DNA from: Phoronis australis
Lineage: Eukaryota; Animalia; Phoronida
DNA length: 64,000 bases
Direction of reading: 5' to 3'
Assembly: GCA_002633005.1 (NCBI GenBank)
Contig: NMRA01000011.1
Span: forward strand, 30,324-94,323
The notes under the pieces are model-generated. The model was given only the letters and a program-made list of their open reading frames with translations, had not been told where the DNA came from and made no database searches. Positions 38,690-51,399 of the stretch are shown here, piece after piece; positions within the stretch are counted from its first letter, which is position 1; every line of letters begins with the position of its first letter. Both the position numbers and the translations under genes were made by a program.

Positions 38690-39680
38690 TGGACGCCAAA
38701 AACGGCCAGTACGAGGCGCACACTATGTCAAATCTGTTTGAAAACGGGAAGGTGTCGTCGCCTTTTTTAATAGGAAGCTATTTGCCAGATTTCATAAAAA
38801 TACGTCAAACAACTCTAAAGATACAGAGTAAAAGGGTAAAAGACAAAGCTACCACTAGATGTCACAGCGGTAGTGGGATCTGTACGAGAGACGTCATCAG
38901 TAGTTGTCAGGAATTACTACAAAAACACATGCCTGAAATTTAACCTGACAAAGATCCTGCAGAGGGTTTAGGAAACAAAACCACGGTCGCAAAAACTGCC
39001 ACTAGAAGGGGGCTAACTAAGAGTTATCGCCAACCGACCTTTTCCCTGTAGGAGCATGTAATGTGCCAAGTTTCATAATCATCCTTAGAGTGGTTTGGAT
39101 GATATAGAAATGCAGACGCCAAAAAACAGACTCAAACACAATAAAAATGGCCACTTGGTGGTGGACCCAACAGGAAGATATTAATAGATGACGATTCACT
39201 AAAAATATCCGTCAAGGAAGTTCAAAGATACAGAAAAAAACGGAAAATTGAAATTGCCGATTGGCGGCACAGTGGTTGTCGGATCCGTTCGAAAGAGGCC
39301 ATCGTCTGTTGTCAGCTTGACTGATATAAATGCACTTGCACTTAATAAAGTCACTGCAGAAAGTTTAGGAGATACATCTGTGGACGCAAAAAATGCAACT
39401 ATGAGTCGCCACAGTTGTTGGAGCCTTCCGAAAATCATCGTCAGCTGTTGTCTTCGCAGCAGGAACATATATATCAATTTTCGAAACCGTCCTTAGAGTA
39501 GTTTGGCAGATAGAGGGGCAGACGCCAAAAAATATTCACAAACAGTTAAGTATCGCCAAATATACCGAATCCATCTAAAAACAGTAGGGTGGTATCACTT
39601 CACTATGGGATACCTATACGCCAAATTTAATATAAATCCTTTAAAATTATGTAAGGCTCTGGAGAAATTCCCATTTTGGT
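38690..39680 (-). repeat. Degenerate ~145-bp tandem repeat family (Helentron/DINE-1-like internal repeats)
   Basis: Shares atccttagag, gacgccaaaaa, aaaatggccact and aaaatcatcgtc motifs with 45770-47090 and (inverted) 63474-64000. Confidence 0.7.
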
Positions 39681-40101
39681 CAACCGAGGAACATCGTATC
39701 TCAAAAATGGCTAATTGGGTTTACATGAAACTATCAGGTACTATGTTATATACATTGTTCTCCAAAATAATGTTAAGAATTGCTTTTAAAATATTCCACT
39801 TTTACACGAGGAAATAAAAATAGGAGTTTATGATTTTTGTGAAAAAATCAAAGTTGCATAAAACGCAAACGAAACGATAATTTAGAAAACTCTAACAACG
39901 AAACTTGAACATTAAATATACTTTCTTATTAATATCTCGATCGGTTGTCATGCTAAAATGATGTATATAATTTATCCTGCAGGCAGGTGCAAGGATACGA
40001 ATCATCATACCGACTACACTAAGTCGCGCAGGTGTCAAATGGACGATCTCTTCTGTCATGGTGATAGGATCAAAATGTAAACTTATCAACTTGACGTAAA
40101 A

Positions 40102-41220
40102 ATGTTAAGAGGAAATGGTACTTCTTCGATGAAGGACATATTTCACATGCCTACATGGGCGAAAGTGCTGTTTTATCTAGGATATATTACTGTTGTTGCC
40201 ATCGGAGTGCTTGGAAACTCTTCTGTTATAGCAATCGTGATTAAGAATGTAAAGCTGAGAACTTCGACAAACATTCTCGTTTGCAATCTTTGTGCTGTTA
40301 ACATAATCATGTGCTTTCCAACATTCGTGTTCGTGCATACGTATGTAACGCTGGAAAGAGGATATATTGGTGTTGATATATTGACTGGATTACAGATTGT
40401 GTTATTTGTTGCCGGCATCGTCTCAACGTGGACGTCTACAGCCATATCCGTTCTTCGTCGTCGAGGCTTTGTGAGTATGTGGAGATTCAAAGCATCAAAA
40501 TTGGCCACAGCAGCAGTTTTGGCAACCATTTGGATATCCGCTATTTTAATAATATGTGCGTCAGTTATTTCTGGAATAGCCGGTGTGCATTTTTTGCATA
40601 CGACAAATAAAGGTAGCTCCTTAGCGAACACGAGTGAGCTTTCCGGTGGAAAACGATCAGGCTATAGGATATATCTCATCGCTGTACTCGTGACCCAGAC
40701 GGTTCTCCCTGCCGCCATCATGTGCTTAAATTATTCCAAAGTAAGTTGGACATTAAGAAATCATCTCAAAAATGTTAAAGGATCCAAAACTCGGGATATG
40801 GAAATGAAAGATTTTAATCGATACCGGAAGATGAATCTCATGCTGGTCTTGATTGTGGCATCGTTCATCTCATGTTATCTTCCATTGTCTCTGTTTTTTG
40901 TGATCAGAGAATTTGCCTCGCTAGATATTACAAGGGAGACAAATTTGAAACTAGAATTTTGGTTGTCTCACTTGATCCTTCTTTCTGGTGCTTGTAATCC
41001 AGTGTTATACGGTTATATGAACACGACTATACGTCAGGAGATAACGAAAATGAAGAATCAGGTCGTTGTTCTAGTTTGTCAGAAGAAATCATCGGTTCCA
41101 GCAGAAGTGGCCGATGAACTATTCGTCATAGATGAAAATTCGCCACAAGTAGGGGCTTATGGGAATGCATTCAGTGCAAGGAATAGTCCTGAAGGAGCAA
41201 TCGAGATGTCACATCTTTGA
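40102..41220 (+). CDS. Class A orphan GPCR, paralogue of 25007-26122, 372 aa
   Basis: Colinear with the first GPCR (GNSSVI, KNVKLRTSTNILVCNLC, KTRDMEMKDF, CYLP, CNPVLYG, C-terminal SHL); intact single-exon ORF. Confidence 0.93.
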   Translation: MLRGNGTSSMKDIFHMPTWAKVLFYLGYITVVAIGVLGNSSVIAIVIKNVKLRTSTNILVCNLCAVNIIMCFPTFVFVHTYVTLERGYIGVDILTGLQIVLFVAGIVSTWTSTAISVLRRRGFVSMWRFKASKLATAAVLATIWISAILIICASVISGIAGVHFLHTTNKGSSLANTSELSGGKRSGYRIYLIAVLVTQTVLPAAIMCLNYSKVSWTLRNHLKNVKGSKTRDMEMKDFNRYRKMNLMLVLIVASFISCYLPLSLFFVIREFASLDITRETNLKLEFWLSHLILLSGACNPVLYGYMNTTIRQEITKMKNQVVVLVCQKKSSVPAEVADELFVIDENSPQVGAYGNAFSARNSPEGAIEMSHL

Positions 41221-42499
41221 TGCTTTGATGGGAGCTTAGAAACTCGTTCTTCACACGGCGTTTCAGCAGCGATTTTTCACACGAGCCTCAACTTTGTTCT
41301 ATGATACAGTCACGTTCTTGGCCGGTGTTCTTGATACTCTGTATCATAACTGAGTTCGCTGGAGGATTGCTTTTCGTGCCATAAAAAGAGTTCACAAGAA
41401 AGAAAATTGTAGTGGAATTTGAGTTCCACTTAAACACAAGATGCAGCAGTTGAAAGAGAAAGGCTCATTCTGTTTAGCTCAAAAAGTCAGCAGTGCAAAA
41501 TCCAAAAATACTGTCATCGTTTCTTTGCTGCGATATATTTTTTTTTTAATTTCTGTTACTTGCAAAAGAGAAGTTTGGGATACCTGAAATATAAAAAACA
41601 TTATCAATTCCCAGTAAACTATTTTGTGATGTCTGTACTTCGTCGAGCCCGCTCACGTCCTTGAATGTTCGTATGGAAACACCAGGCTGTCTTTTACTGA
41701 AATACATTTTTACGGGGTGTGACTGAGTGTTGTTTTTGAGAACCAAGCACGTCAGCGACACTGCTTAAAATACATATACGTCAGCATCGCTACATAATAT
41801 ATTACGTTTAATTTGTCAGGTATTTCGAAGCTGGTTACAGATGTGACCATAAACTGAACGATTTCTTGTCGAAAAAAATCTGAAAAAGTTAAGTAAGTCT
41901 GTAGGCCTACGGGACCTGTTGCAGACCACGGGATATGAGTAGTGTACCCTCGGTTCCCATGTGTGAACAATGGGTAAGAATATCACCCTTTTCTAAAAAT
42001 ATTAGGTTTCTAGTTTGGCCCCAGTTTCTGAAGAGTGCGCTGAGACTATACGTTTTTCACGAACTTCATCCAGCACTTATCTATTTTATTTCACAAAAAA
42101 TGTTCTAAAAATGATACCTTTTTCACGGGTGCCAGAGTAGAATCGGGTAAACTCATGAACTTCATAGGAGCCCTCTCAACGAAATTCTTGTGTTTTCCTG
42201 ATCCTTTCTTGTTGTACCACACCCTTTATCTCAAATCAAATTTACACCTCGAAAACACCCTTTTTCGAGAATTCTTTTTCACAGTTGTGTGTCAGGATAC
42301 CCAGTGGTCGTACATGTACGTGGTCCTAAGGGTAGCAGATTCTGAGCTTGTATCTGCCGTGCGCTCACCATGTGGTCTTCAAATGAAAACGTCAGTTTTC
42401 CGGTAAGTAAACGAAATATTACTAGTTAGATGACTTCAGACCTGGTAGAGCCAATAAGGCCGATTAAATCATTTTCGATAGACTATCACAGACCCCTAA

Positions 42500-42765
42500 T
42501 ACAGTGGTGTACGCCAATATCTGGAACCCCTCGGGTATTTTCAACTTTTTCGTAGACTCAAATTTCCTCTCGGAGGTGTTTCATAACTCTATATGTGGGA
42601 ACTTCAGTTATACAATAAGTCAGTCATGTTGCTTTCAAACTGGAAAATGATAGACATTATGCCATAAGTATAAATGGACGAAGACTGGCAAACTTTCTAG
42701 AGGAAATTAAATTTTAGGCTATGAAAAAGTCTAAAATATTCGAAGTGTTCCGGATAATGTCGCCT
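42500..42765. mobile_element. Degenerate MITE
   Basis: Imperfect inverted repeats: tatctggaacccctcgggtattttcaactttttcgtagactcaaatttcctct versus agaggaaattaaattttaggctatgaaaaagtctaaaatattcgaagtgttccggata. Confidence 0.55.
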
Positions 42766-45393
42766 CTTAGTCAATAGGACCTAGGATGTAGGTACTTTTA
42801 TGACCTGGCACATTACTTTTATGCATGGCTACTAATTTATTTCCAATTCATTATTCGCGTCATCTGGACAAGCGAGTTTTTACAAAGACAGGCAACTGTC
42901 ATTTATGTCGAGAAGTAGACAGCGATGTAAACAACAGTAGTTATCATTCACGCCTTAATTTCTCTGGAAAAAACCCAAGCAATGCTCACAAAATTACACG
43001 GGTTTTAGTCTGAATGAAAATTATAGTAATTCAAAAAATGCCACTAGATGACTCCACAGTAGTCGGGTTTGTCCCAAAATCCACGTCATTTGTAGTCTCT
43101 TTATTAGGAACATGACGTGACAAACTTCATCAAAATCTATCAAGGAACTTGTAATAAGCTTACTAAGCAACAGCCTCGTTCCCAAACATCAAGATGGCGC
43201 AGATCGGTTTAGCCATTTGAGGCTTGGCTATGGAAAATCAAATGTGCCAGAATTCTGACATATGTTTACGGAAATCGCCGGAATATCACGAGTAATAAAA
43301 AGTTTTATCAACTTTGAAATTTTTGTAGTATAATATAAAAACGAATACAGAGATCCACCTATTTAGAGAGTTTTAAAGAACTGAAATTACTCTCTTAAAA
43401 CCGATCAAATTTGTGTCTTCAATGAAATATGTATACGAGAAAGATTACTGCCAAATTATAGTATATGTATATGTATATGTTTCATTGAAAAGTAAGCTGT
43501 TCTTGGCCTTAGATAGTTTGATCAACAAACTTCCGTATTGTCTACATAAATGTCTTTCTACAGATGACAGTTGAAATTGTAGATCGCCGAGTGTTAGTGG
43601 CATCACGAACACAAATATATGTGTATATTATATAAAATAAAACACTGTACAAAACATTTCATAGTAAAACAGTTGCTGTACTTGGACTAGACTTCAGTCA
43701 TACAAGGCAAATAAATTTTAAAATCATAAACGATATCGTGTGTGATACATGAAACAAAAACAATGACTTCAAACACGAATATTAAGTAGCACAGAGCGCA
43801 ATTACAGAAGGAATTGTCATGGAAATTAATGACCTTTAAAACGTTGTAAAATTTAATAAAATACATATGTTTTACAAAATGTGGACATTAATTAAATAAC
43901 GACAAGGTACGATAGAACCCATTATCTTGGGAATTTATGTCAGGAGTATCAGTTTTTATTATTAAAGCTTCGAGAATTTCAAACGAAAGAAGTCACGTTC
44001 AACATACCTAACGATAGTGTTGTCAACAATATCTTAATGTGAGATTTTCTTTTTGTGGACAGTTTGAAAGTGATCTTTAATCAATCCATTTCGTAAATGC
44101 ATAGATAACCGACGAGATGAAGTGCAAGTTGTATATTTAAAACTAACATATCTAACTGAACCAATACATTGACGTTGTGAGGGCAATTGGACTAATAAAT
44201 CAAGTCAGTGTTGGCTAACATTAGGACAGACTTTGTGCACGTATTGTTTTAACCACAAGATCTTTAGTTTTATGGTTTTGGTAATGTTTAATTAACGAAA
44301 GGCTATCTTCTGGCTTAACGGTCTTAACATTATCATGGATGATCCGTTTTATATGTACATGTACATGTATGTATGCACGTATGTATGTATGTATATTAAA
44401 CAAAGATTCCACTTACAAAGCATATTAAGTCTAGTTACAGTTTCACAACAGCTTCCTGTCATTCTGTCAGCAAATACTGAATTAGCATGTGGTCACACGG
44501 CGGTGAATTAATTTTATTGCATCTGAAGCCGGCAACGCAGTATGATTAATCTATTGTTGATTTCTCAAAACATTACTCACTACTCCTAAGGTATTACAAA
44601 TTGTATCTATTGAGACAGACTTTGACACTTTGTTGCAATTTTATATAAGTAATGGTTAGGGTAAGAATAGTTCATTTTGAAATGGAACAATTCCGGCTCT
44701 CTACAGACATGTACATGATTTCACGCATCGCACTTGGTATTAACGGCGTACTTATTCTTTACTGCCGGGAATCACTGCCAAACCATTTCAGGATCTCGAG
44801 GAAATTAAAAAAAACGATATACCCGCTTTGCTCGCAACTTGATGGTTCGCACAAGCGGCCGGGGAACGATACTCCACACCGTAACGGCTCACACTCAGCT
44901 GAAGAACCACTGCACGTCGCTCTGTCGTGTACTCACCTCCTCAAAGGTTAACGCGACACCTTTTGGCGAGGTGAGATCGATTGTATACGAGGTGATGTGG
45001 ATGCAGACCGATTAAGACGGTAACAAAAACTACTTAAATCGGGTGGCATTCTCCTTTAATATAAAATAATTCAAAACAACAACCTTTATTACAAACAATA
45101 ACCAAACCAATGCCTTCTGTTTCATGAATCGGACAGCAAAAAGGCATGTGGAAATAATTGATCAAGTGTGAGAGCCACTGCTATCGAACTAGTACATGTT
45201 GAAATTGTTACAACAAGACTAAAATTATGCTGCAGTATGTCACGAAAAGAAGGGACAATTGCTTTTTTAGATTTTTTTCTGCAAGTATGTACTGTATTTC
45301 ATTTCTAAATGAAAAGTCTAGCCCGGCCCTAACAGGTTTGTCACTTTAGGGAACTTTCGAAAAGTTTCTCGCGTATTTACTTGCGTAGCTAAG

Positions 45394-45538
45394 TGTGTGT
45401 GTGTGTGCGTGTGTGTGCGTGTGTCAGTGTGTGAGCGTGTGTGTGTGTGTGTGTGTGCGTATACGGTGTGTGTGCGTATACGGTGTGTGTGTGCGTATAC
45501 GGTGTGTGTGCGTACGTACGCGCGTGTGTGTATCGGTG
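45394..45538. repeat. Compound (GT)n / gcgtatacggt microsatellite
   Basis: Directly visible. Confidence 0.97.
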
Positions 45539-45769
45539 CATGAACATATTATTATTGTTTTCAATTATTTCTACAGTAATTCATTTATGCAACGTTTATC
45601 TTGTGTTAAATCGATTTCTGTACAGTATTGTGAAGTACTATTTCACGTTCCTTTACCCGCGAAATAAAATTTAGGCCTAAACAAGAGTAACGCGGAGCTT
45701 TGAGATGCGCCCAGGGGTGCATTCAAGCGGTTTATTTGTTTCATAAAAATGACAAATAGATGACGTAAA

Positions 45770-47090
45770 ACGTCCAACCCATTTAACAGAAAGCTATTTA
45801 CCAAATTTCATAAAAATCTGTCAACGAACTTCATAGAAACATACGAAAACGGGAAAATGAAATTGCCACTAGGGGGCACAGCGTCCGAGTGAAAGTCGTC
45901 GTCTATTTTTAGTTTCATATAAATACACTTACTGAACTTAATAAACATCTTGCAGCAGGTTAAGTAGATACAGCTATGGGCGCAAAATAAAACAAAAGTA
46001 CCACTAGGTGGCGCCACAGTAGTCGAGGTCGTCTTCGTCAAAAAACGTCCTCTTCACACCGAGAACATATACGCCAATTTTGAAGTCATCCTTATAGAAT
46101 GGTATTGTTGACAGATAGGTGGACGCTAAAAAAACATACTCGAAAACAGAAAAATGGCCGCTAGATGGTACACAATGCGTCAAATCCACCCGAAAACGGG
46201 AGGATAGCTTCACCTCAAAAATACATGCCTATATTCCAAATTTTATGAAACTCTGCTGATGACCTTTGAATATACAGAAGTAAACGTAAAAAATGCGCAT
46301 AGGGGGAACACTGGAAGTCAGATCCGTGCGAAAATCGTCGTCGTCCGTTGTCAACATAATATAAATACACTTGCTAAATTTTTTAAAGATCTCGTCTGCA
46401 AACGGTTTAGGATCAGATACAGCCATGGATGCAAAAAAAACAAAACTGCTACTAGGAGGCGTCACAGTAGTCGATGTCCGACATCAGAAAATCATCGTTA
46501 GCCATTTCCTTCATAGTGAGAACATACATGTCAATTTCAAGTTCACAATTATCCTTAGAACGGAAGGGTGTACGCCAAACAGTAAAAATGGCCACTAGGT
46601 GGCTCAAAATACCTCGCATCCATCTGAAAACGGGAATATAGTGTATTCTCACTAATAGATGCCTATACTTCCAGATTTTATGGAAATATGTTGCGGAACT
46701 TTGAAGATACAGAGGTAAACGTAAAACAATCTAAAATTGTAACTAGGGGGCGAACCAGAATTCCGATCCTTGTGGAATTCGTCTTCGTCCGCTGTCAAAA
46801 TCACTTAAATGTACTTTCTAAATTTAGTAAAGATTCTCCTGACGGTTTAGGAGATACAGCCATTGGCGCAAAAAACTGTCACTAGGAGGCGCCATAGTAG
46901 TCAAAGTCGTCGGAAAATCATCATCAGCCGCCCTCTAAATTTACAGATCACTTATGCCAATTTTCAAAATCATCCCCAGAGCGGTTTGGTCGATATAAGG
47001 GCGGACGCACTCGAAAACACTAAAAATGACCACTACGTGGCGCAAAGTACCTTGAATTCTTCCAAAAACGGCAAACATTTCACCCTCATG
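45770..47090 (-). repeat. ~145-bp tandem array with ~435-bp higher-order trimer; CTCF-like motif in most units
   Basis: ccactag(g/a)(t/g)ggc variants at ~45866, 46001, 46158, 46450, 46592, 46741, 46880 and 47030. Confidence 0.8.
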
Positions 47091-47223
47091 TTTTAAGTTT
47101 TGTCGCTGACAGACCGGCCCACAGATGTCTTTCTCGGTAAACGATCGTGAAAATGCGTTCCATCGTTTCTTGTGTATGGTAACGCGCACTACGTCGTGAA
47201 TCATGGTCACTTATTTCACTTTC

Positions 47224-47926
47224 CAGTGGCGGATCTAGGATATCACAAGGGGGGCAACTTTTTGTCTCAGTGAAAACATTTGCGCAAAGCACGATTAGAT
47301 GTTCATAGCACCGAATGGGGGGAGGGAAATTTTTCTGTTTTTTCCTCTAAAAATCAAGCATTTTCCTTGATTCCTGAAGTATTATCCAAGAAAAAAGCCA
47401 AAAAAAAAAAACGGGGAACGTGTCAAACATGAAAAACTGCAATTACCACAGACTCGAATCCACGACCAAGCGCGCGTGCTTTACCACTGCACCACCACGA
47501 TTTCACTCAAAATTAGATAATAAGAGACCTACTTGTTTTGGTCCACACCGTTTGCGCGCGAAACCTACTTCTTTTTGTAATGCTTATTACCCTTTTTATA
47601 TTTTGTGCAATCAGTTCGTATGAAATTTGTTGTATTTAAAATATTCTTCAATTGCCCAAAAGACCAAATCCTTTTTGTGTTGGCATTAATGACGCGATTG
47701 CTTTGAAAATCGTCTTAAGTAAGGTTTGACAAAGAGAGAATTATGAGTTTCTGAGTGATTCACTAAGGCTTCGATTAAAATTCACATCTTACCACCCTAA
47801 CACACTTAAACTGCACACATTTCAATCTTGTTTCCACCGTATAATCTTAATTACCGGGGTTATTTTTTTGCGGCAGCCCGCAAGGGGGGGGGGGGGCCTG
47901 CTCCCTCCTCCATAAATCCGCCTATG
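47224..47926. mobile_element. Degenerate MITE related to 9377-9615, containing a minus-strand tRNA-like SINE head (~47446-47497)
   Basis: cagtggcggatctag start and aaatccgcctatg end, with G/C runs. The reverse complement gtggtgcagtggtaaagcac...ggattcgagtc resembles A/B boxes. Confidence 0.45.
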
Positions 47927-49831
47927 CTTTCTGACAAAATGAGTTTATTTTCCACTTTCTTAGGTAAATTTCGGAGACGTGGGGAGGATGTCGACAAATA
48001 TGCGATTTTTATAATTTTGTTCAGAAGACTCAAAGCTGAAATAAAATGGGAACGAGACTACCATTCGTTAAAAATTTCTGGTTTTATCTCAACACCGCCA
48101 GATTGTAGATAATTATTCTGGTTGCCTTGTTGACAGACTCTCCTACCAAACAGTAATGTTTGGTATAGGCAACAAACTAGAATTGGTGTCTGACATATGT
48201 TATTACTTTTGGGAAAACAATTTATCTTTTAGAAATTTTAAGTGTAAACGCCGAAATTTGTGTGTTAACGCCTTTTTAAATTTCGCCAATGACTACTACA
48301 ACTCTGAAAATTATATAGCCTGTAAAAAGTAAATTATGTCAAACTTCAACAAAAACGGGGAGAATTTGGGACCTTTTCGGCGTGATTGTGGGAGTAAAGG
48401 TGTGACAAATGTGCGTTTTTGTTCCAGGTTTTTACAATCACATATTATTGTATTGGCAAATGGTAAATTCCCAGTAAACGGTTGAAAATGAGTTTATTTC
48501 TAACTAGCGAGTTTACGAAATTAGTACCACACTCACTGCACAAGCGATGACTTCATTCCCATTATATTCACGAGACAACTCCTAAGGTAACATTTGGGGT
48601 CTTAGTACCTCAACGCCTCCAAAACCAACGTGCCTGTTACGAGCTTCCGAAGATAACAAAGGCAAAAGACCAACATGATTGTTTTTAAATTGAAAACAAA
48701 ATATTATCCGTCTGTGAAATTTCAAAACTGAGGCATTATAAGAGAATTATTGAATAGATTGTTTTCAGCATCATGGCTTACCAACGAGCATGTAATTTGT
48801 GAATCGATTATGACGAATTAGTCAGTCTGGCTCAGGCTCGCTTCAGTTAGGCGTTGGGGTAACAAAACCCAAATGTCAGCGTAGGATTTTTCTCATTTAT
48901 GGTATAATGTTGGATAAATGCCGGACTAAATTCTCCAGACTGACTGGAAAAGATTCATATTCTAACGGCTTTCTTTATAGGCTAGCACTCCGAATTCCGT
49001 TGAAGAACGGTGGTCGGAGTTGCGAAACGTTTCAGTGACAGCAGAGTGTGACACTTTTCCCATTGGCGTAGTGTTGAAATGAATATTTTTTATTTGTCCT
49101 AGGAGAATGATTTTGATATCCTTTAAGAGCTCCACTGGTGCTTGAACTCGTGAATATGTTTTAAGGAAACTGCATACCTTGAAATTATTGTAATATGTCT
49201 AGATGACATTACGATACGCTAAGCAGCTAGGGAGCCTGCTTCCGAATCGCAGAATCGAAAGCAGCCAGATGACCCTCGCTTTGACAATGCTTGGGGCCAT
49301 TAAACCGCAAAATATTGCTAAAATTTTGATGGAATTTGTTTGGAAGAAGTTTTTATGTGATAGCAGTTCTAAAACCTAATCTCCATATTCGACAGCAAAG
49401 ACCAAAACCAAAAAAAAAAACAATGCAAACAAATCCCACCCATGAGAGGTGCAACCTGTCACGGGAGATCAAGTGATTTAGTGCATTTTCCTCTGGTTTT
49501 CTTCTAGGTTTCCCCTGACCAGAACTTTGACAAAACCAGGTAAACCTTGTCGAAGCTCACAATTTTTTAAAAAACCTGTATATGTTAAATATGAGACAAC
49601 TTCTTCAATTGAAACTTTTTATCCACCATTAATACACTGGCGTTCATTCCATGAAGGCATGCAATGAAAATGTGTCAAAATTAGGAAGCACTCCACAGAT
49701 TTTACTAGGAATTGTCTGAAGTTTGACTGTACCAAACATTCTTTAGCTGCATTCCAAAGCTGGCTGTCTAACCATGGCCTTTTTCATAAATTATACATGT
49801 GTTAACCAGAGGTTCCGCATACAGTAAGAAC

Positions 49832-50401
49832 TTATCTCCATAAAGGCTTTTCTGGAGAGTTTAATTTACTTGACTTCCGGTTAGAGATAGCACTTCTCGA
49901 CTGAGCACCTCTCCTGCTGGATGATGGGCGCGCGGATGTCACACTAGTATGATCCGGTCTAACAGAGTAGTCTACCCCCACGAGTGGTTTGGGTCTTGTG
50001 TCTGGTTTGTTCCAGGGAGCCTCGAAAGACGGTTCCTCTGGAGGGGGTCCAAATAACATTTCATCACAATAGGAGTTGATGTGTTTCACTAGCCGGTACT
50101 TGTTCCGTGAATTTGGCATTCCATGTTGGATGCCTGGTGAATGACGGGGTGAGTCTATATGACTGGCCGGGGCGGGGCTCCACAACAGTGGTTTAGATGT
50201 TGTTTTACTGCTGCTGAACACTTCCACATTTTGAGACTGGGGACTCTGCGTAGAGCCAAAAACTGTCTTGTCTACAGCAGATGATGTACCAATACAGTGG
50301 TAGACATTAGAACGCACAGCTGCAGAACTTCCCGGACGGTCAATCACAGAGGCAGGTCGTGACCCTGTCAAGGTTAAACTGTCATCAGTTCGACTTGTCA
50401 T
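49832..50401 (-). CDS. RITA1: RBPJ-interacting and tubulin-associated protein 1 homologue, 189 aa
   Basis: NKYRLVKHINSYCDEMLFG, PSFEAPW, LLWSP and C-terminal KPLWR match RITA1 hallmarks (NKYR...SYCDESLFG, FDPPW, LLWTP, KPPWK). A splice acceptor (tttacag) lies 7 nt upstream of the ATG. Confidence 0.85.
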   Translation of the reverse strand: MTSRTDDSLTLTGSRPASVIDRPGSSAAVRSNVYHCIGTSSAVDKTVFGSTQSPQSQNVEVFSSSKTTSKPLLWSPAPASHIDSPRHSPGIQHGMPNSRNKYRLVKHINSYCDEMLFGPPPEEPSFEAPWNKPDTRPKPLVGVDYSVRPDHTSVTSARPSSSRRGAQSRSAISNRKSSKLNSPEKPLWR

Positions 50402-51399
50402 TGTGAAGCTGTAAAGAGCAATTAAGAAACTTAAATGTGGTGTAAATGTAAGTCAAACTAAATCGTCACAAAAGCATCACACTTTCAGTGTTGAAAGGTT
50501 ACAGGCTGCAAAGTATTTGAGCCCGCCGTGGCTCTTTTTACTTTCCCATGGGATGTTCAAGAGTGCAGATATGGCAAAAGTTTGTACAACGAAGTCGCGT
50601 GTGGGACAAGACCGTAACAAGCTATGTTGCCAGTGCCTCAGTGATCAGCTGACAAATTTGCTGAGTCTTGTTTCGATACTTCTACCCTTACCCACTCCAG
50701 TCTGGGGTTCACCAAAATATGGAGAGGTTTTGTAAAATAACATTCAACTTTATCAAAGAAAACATTCAAATGTAGGATACAATCTGCGATGTTGACAGCT
50801 TGCCTTTTAATTGTTTGTTTATTTCCCCACCTTATGCAAGTAGCTCTCGGCGTTAATTTCTCGACGTAAGCATGACTGAATTATCTTCTACAATTACCAA
50901 AGTGATTAACAAAGAATGTTATATCTCTGAGATCTGGAGCTTCAGCTTCATGTGATTTACTATCAGATGTCAAGAGGTCAGATGCATGTCCTATTGATGC
51001 AATTAAAGCAGTGATTTCGTGGGAAGCATTTCTTCACTGTTTCTGGGCTTAGAAGGGAAACAAGTTATCACAATCTTTAGAGATTTCATGAGCAAGAACA
51101 ATCACGCGAGTATTCAGATTAGCTGGGTAAGTTCACATGCCACATTCATCTCATGTCCGTGGAGTCAAGACACTTTCAATTAGAAGTCGCTATTCTTCCT
51201 TTTTTCTTGTTTTGGGCTATTGAATTCACGGTTGTGATAAGAAGTGCTAAAACAGAAGGTTTAATGATGTGAACAATGTTGCCACTTCTCCAAACAAGGT
51301 GACTGGTTGTAATGTTAGAGCACTAACTTAAGTCTAAAAGCAGGTGCCTGTGAATCTTGGCTTTTCTGGTTTTTAAAAAATAAATTAGCAGAAGATTTA

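Noticed and set aside
25007-41220. GPCRs as opsins
   Set aside because: No lysine at the TM7 retinal-binding position (Val/Leu instead).
45395-45674. Cys/Val-rich ORFs
   Set aside because: Translation of the GT microsatellite.
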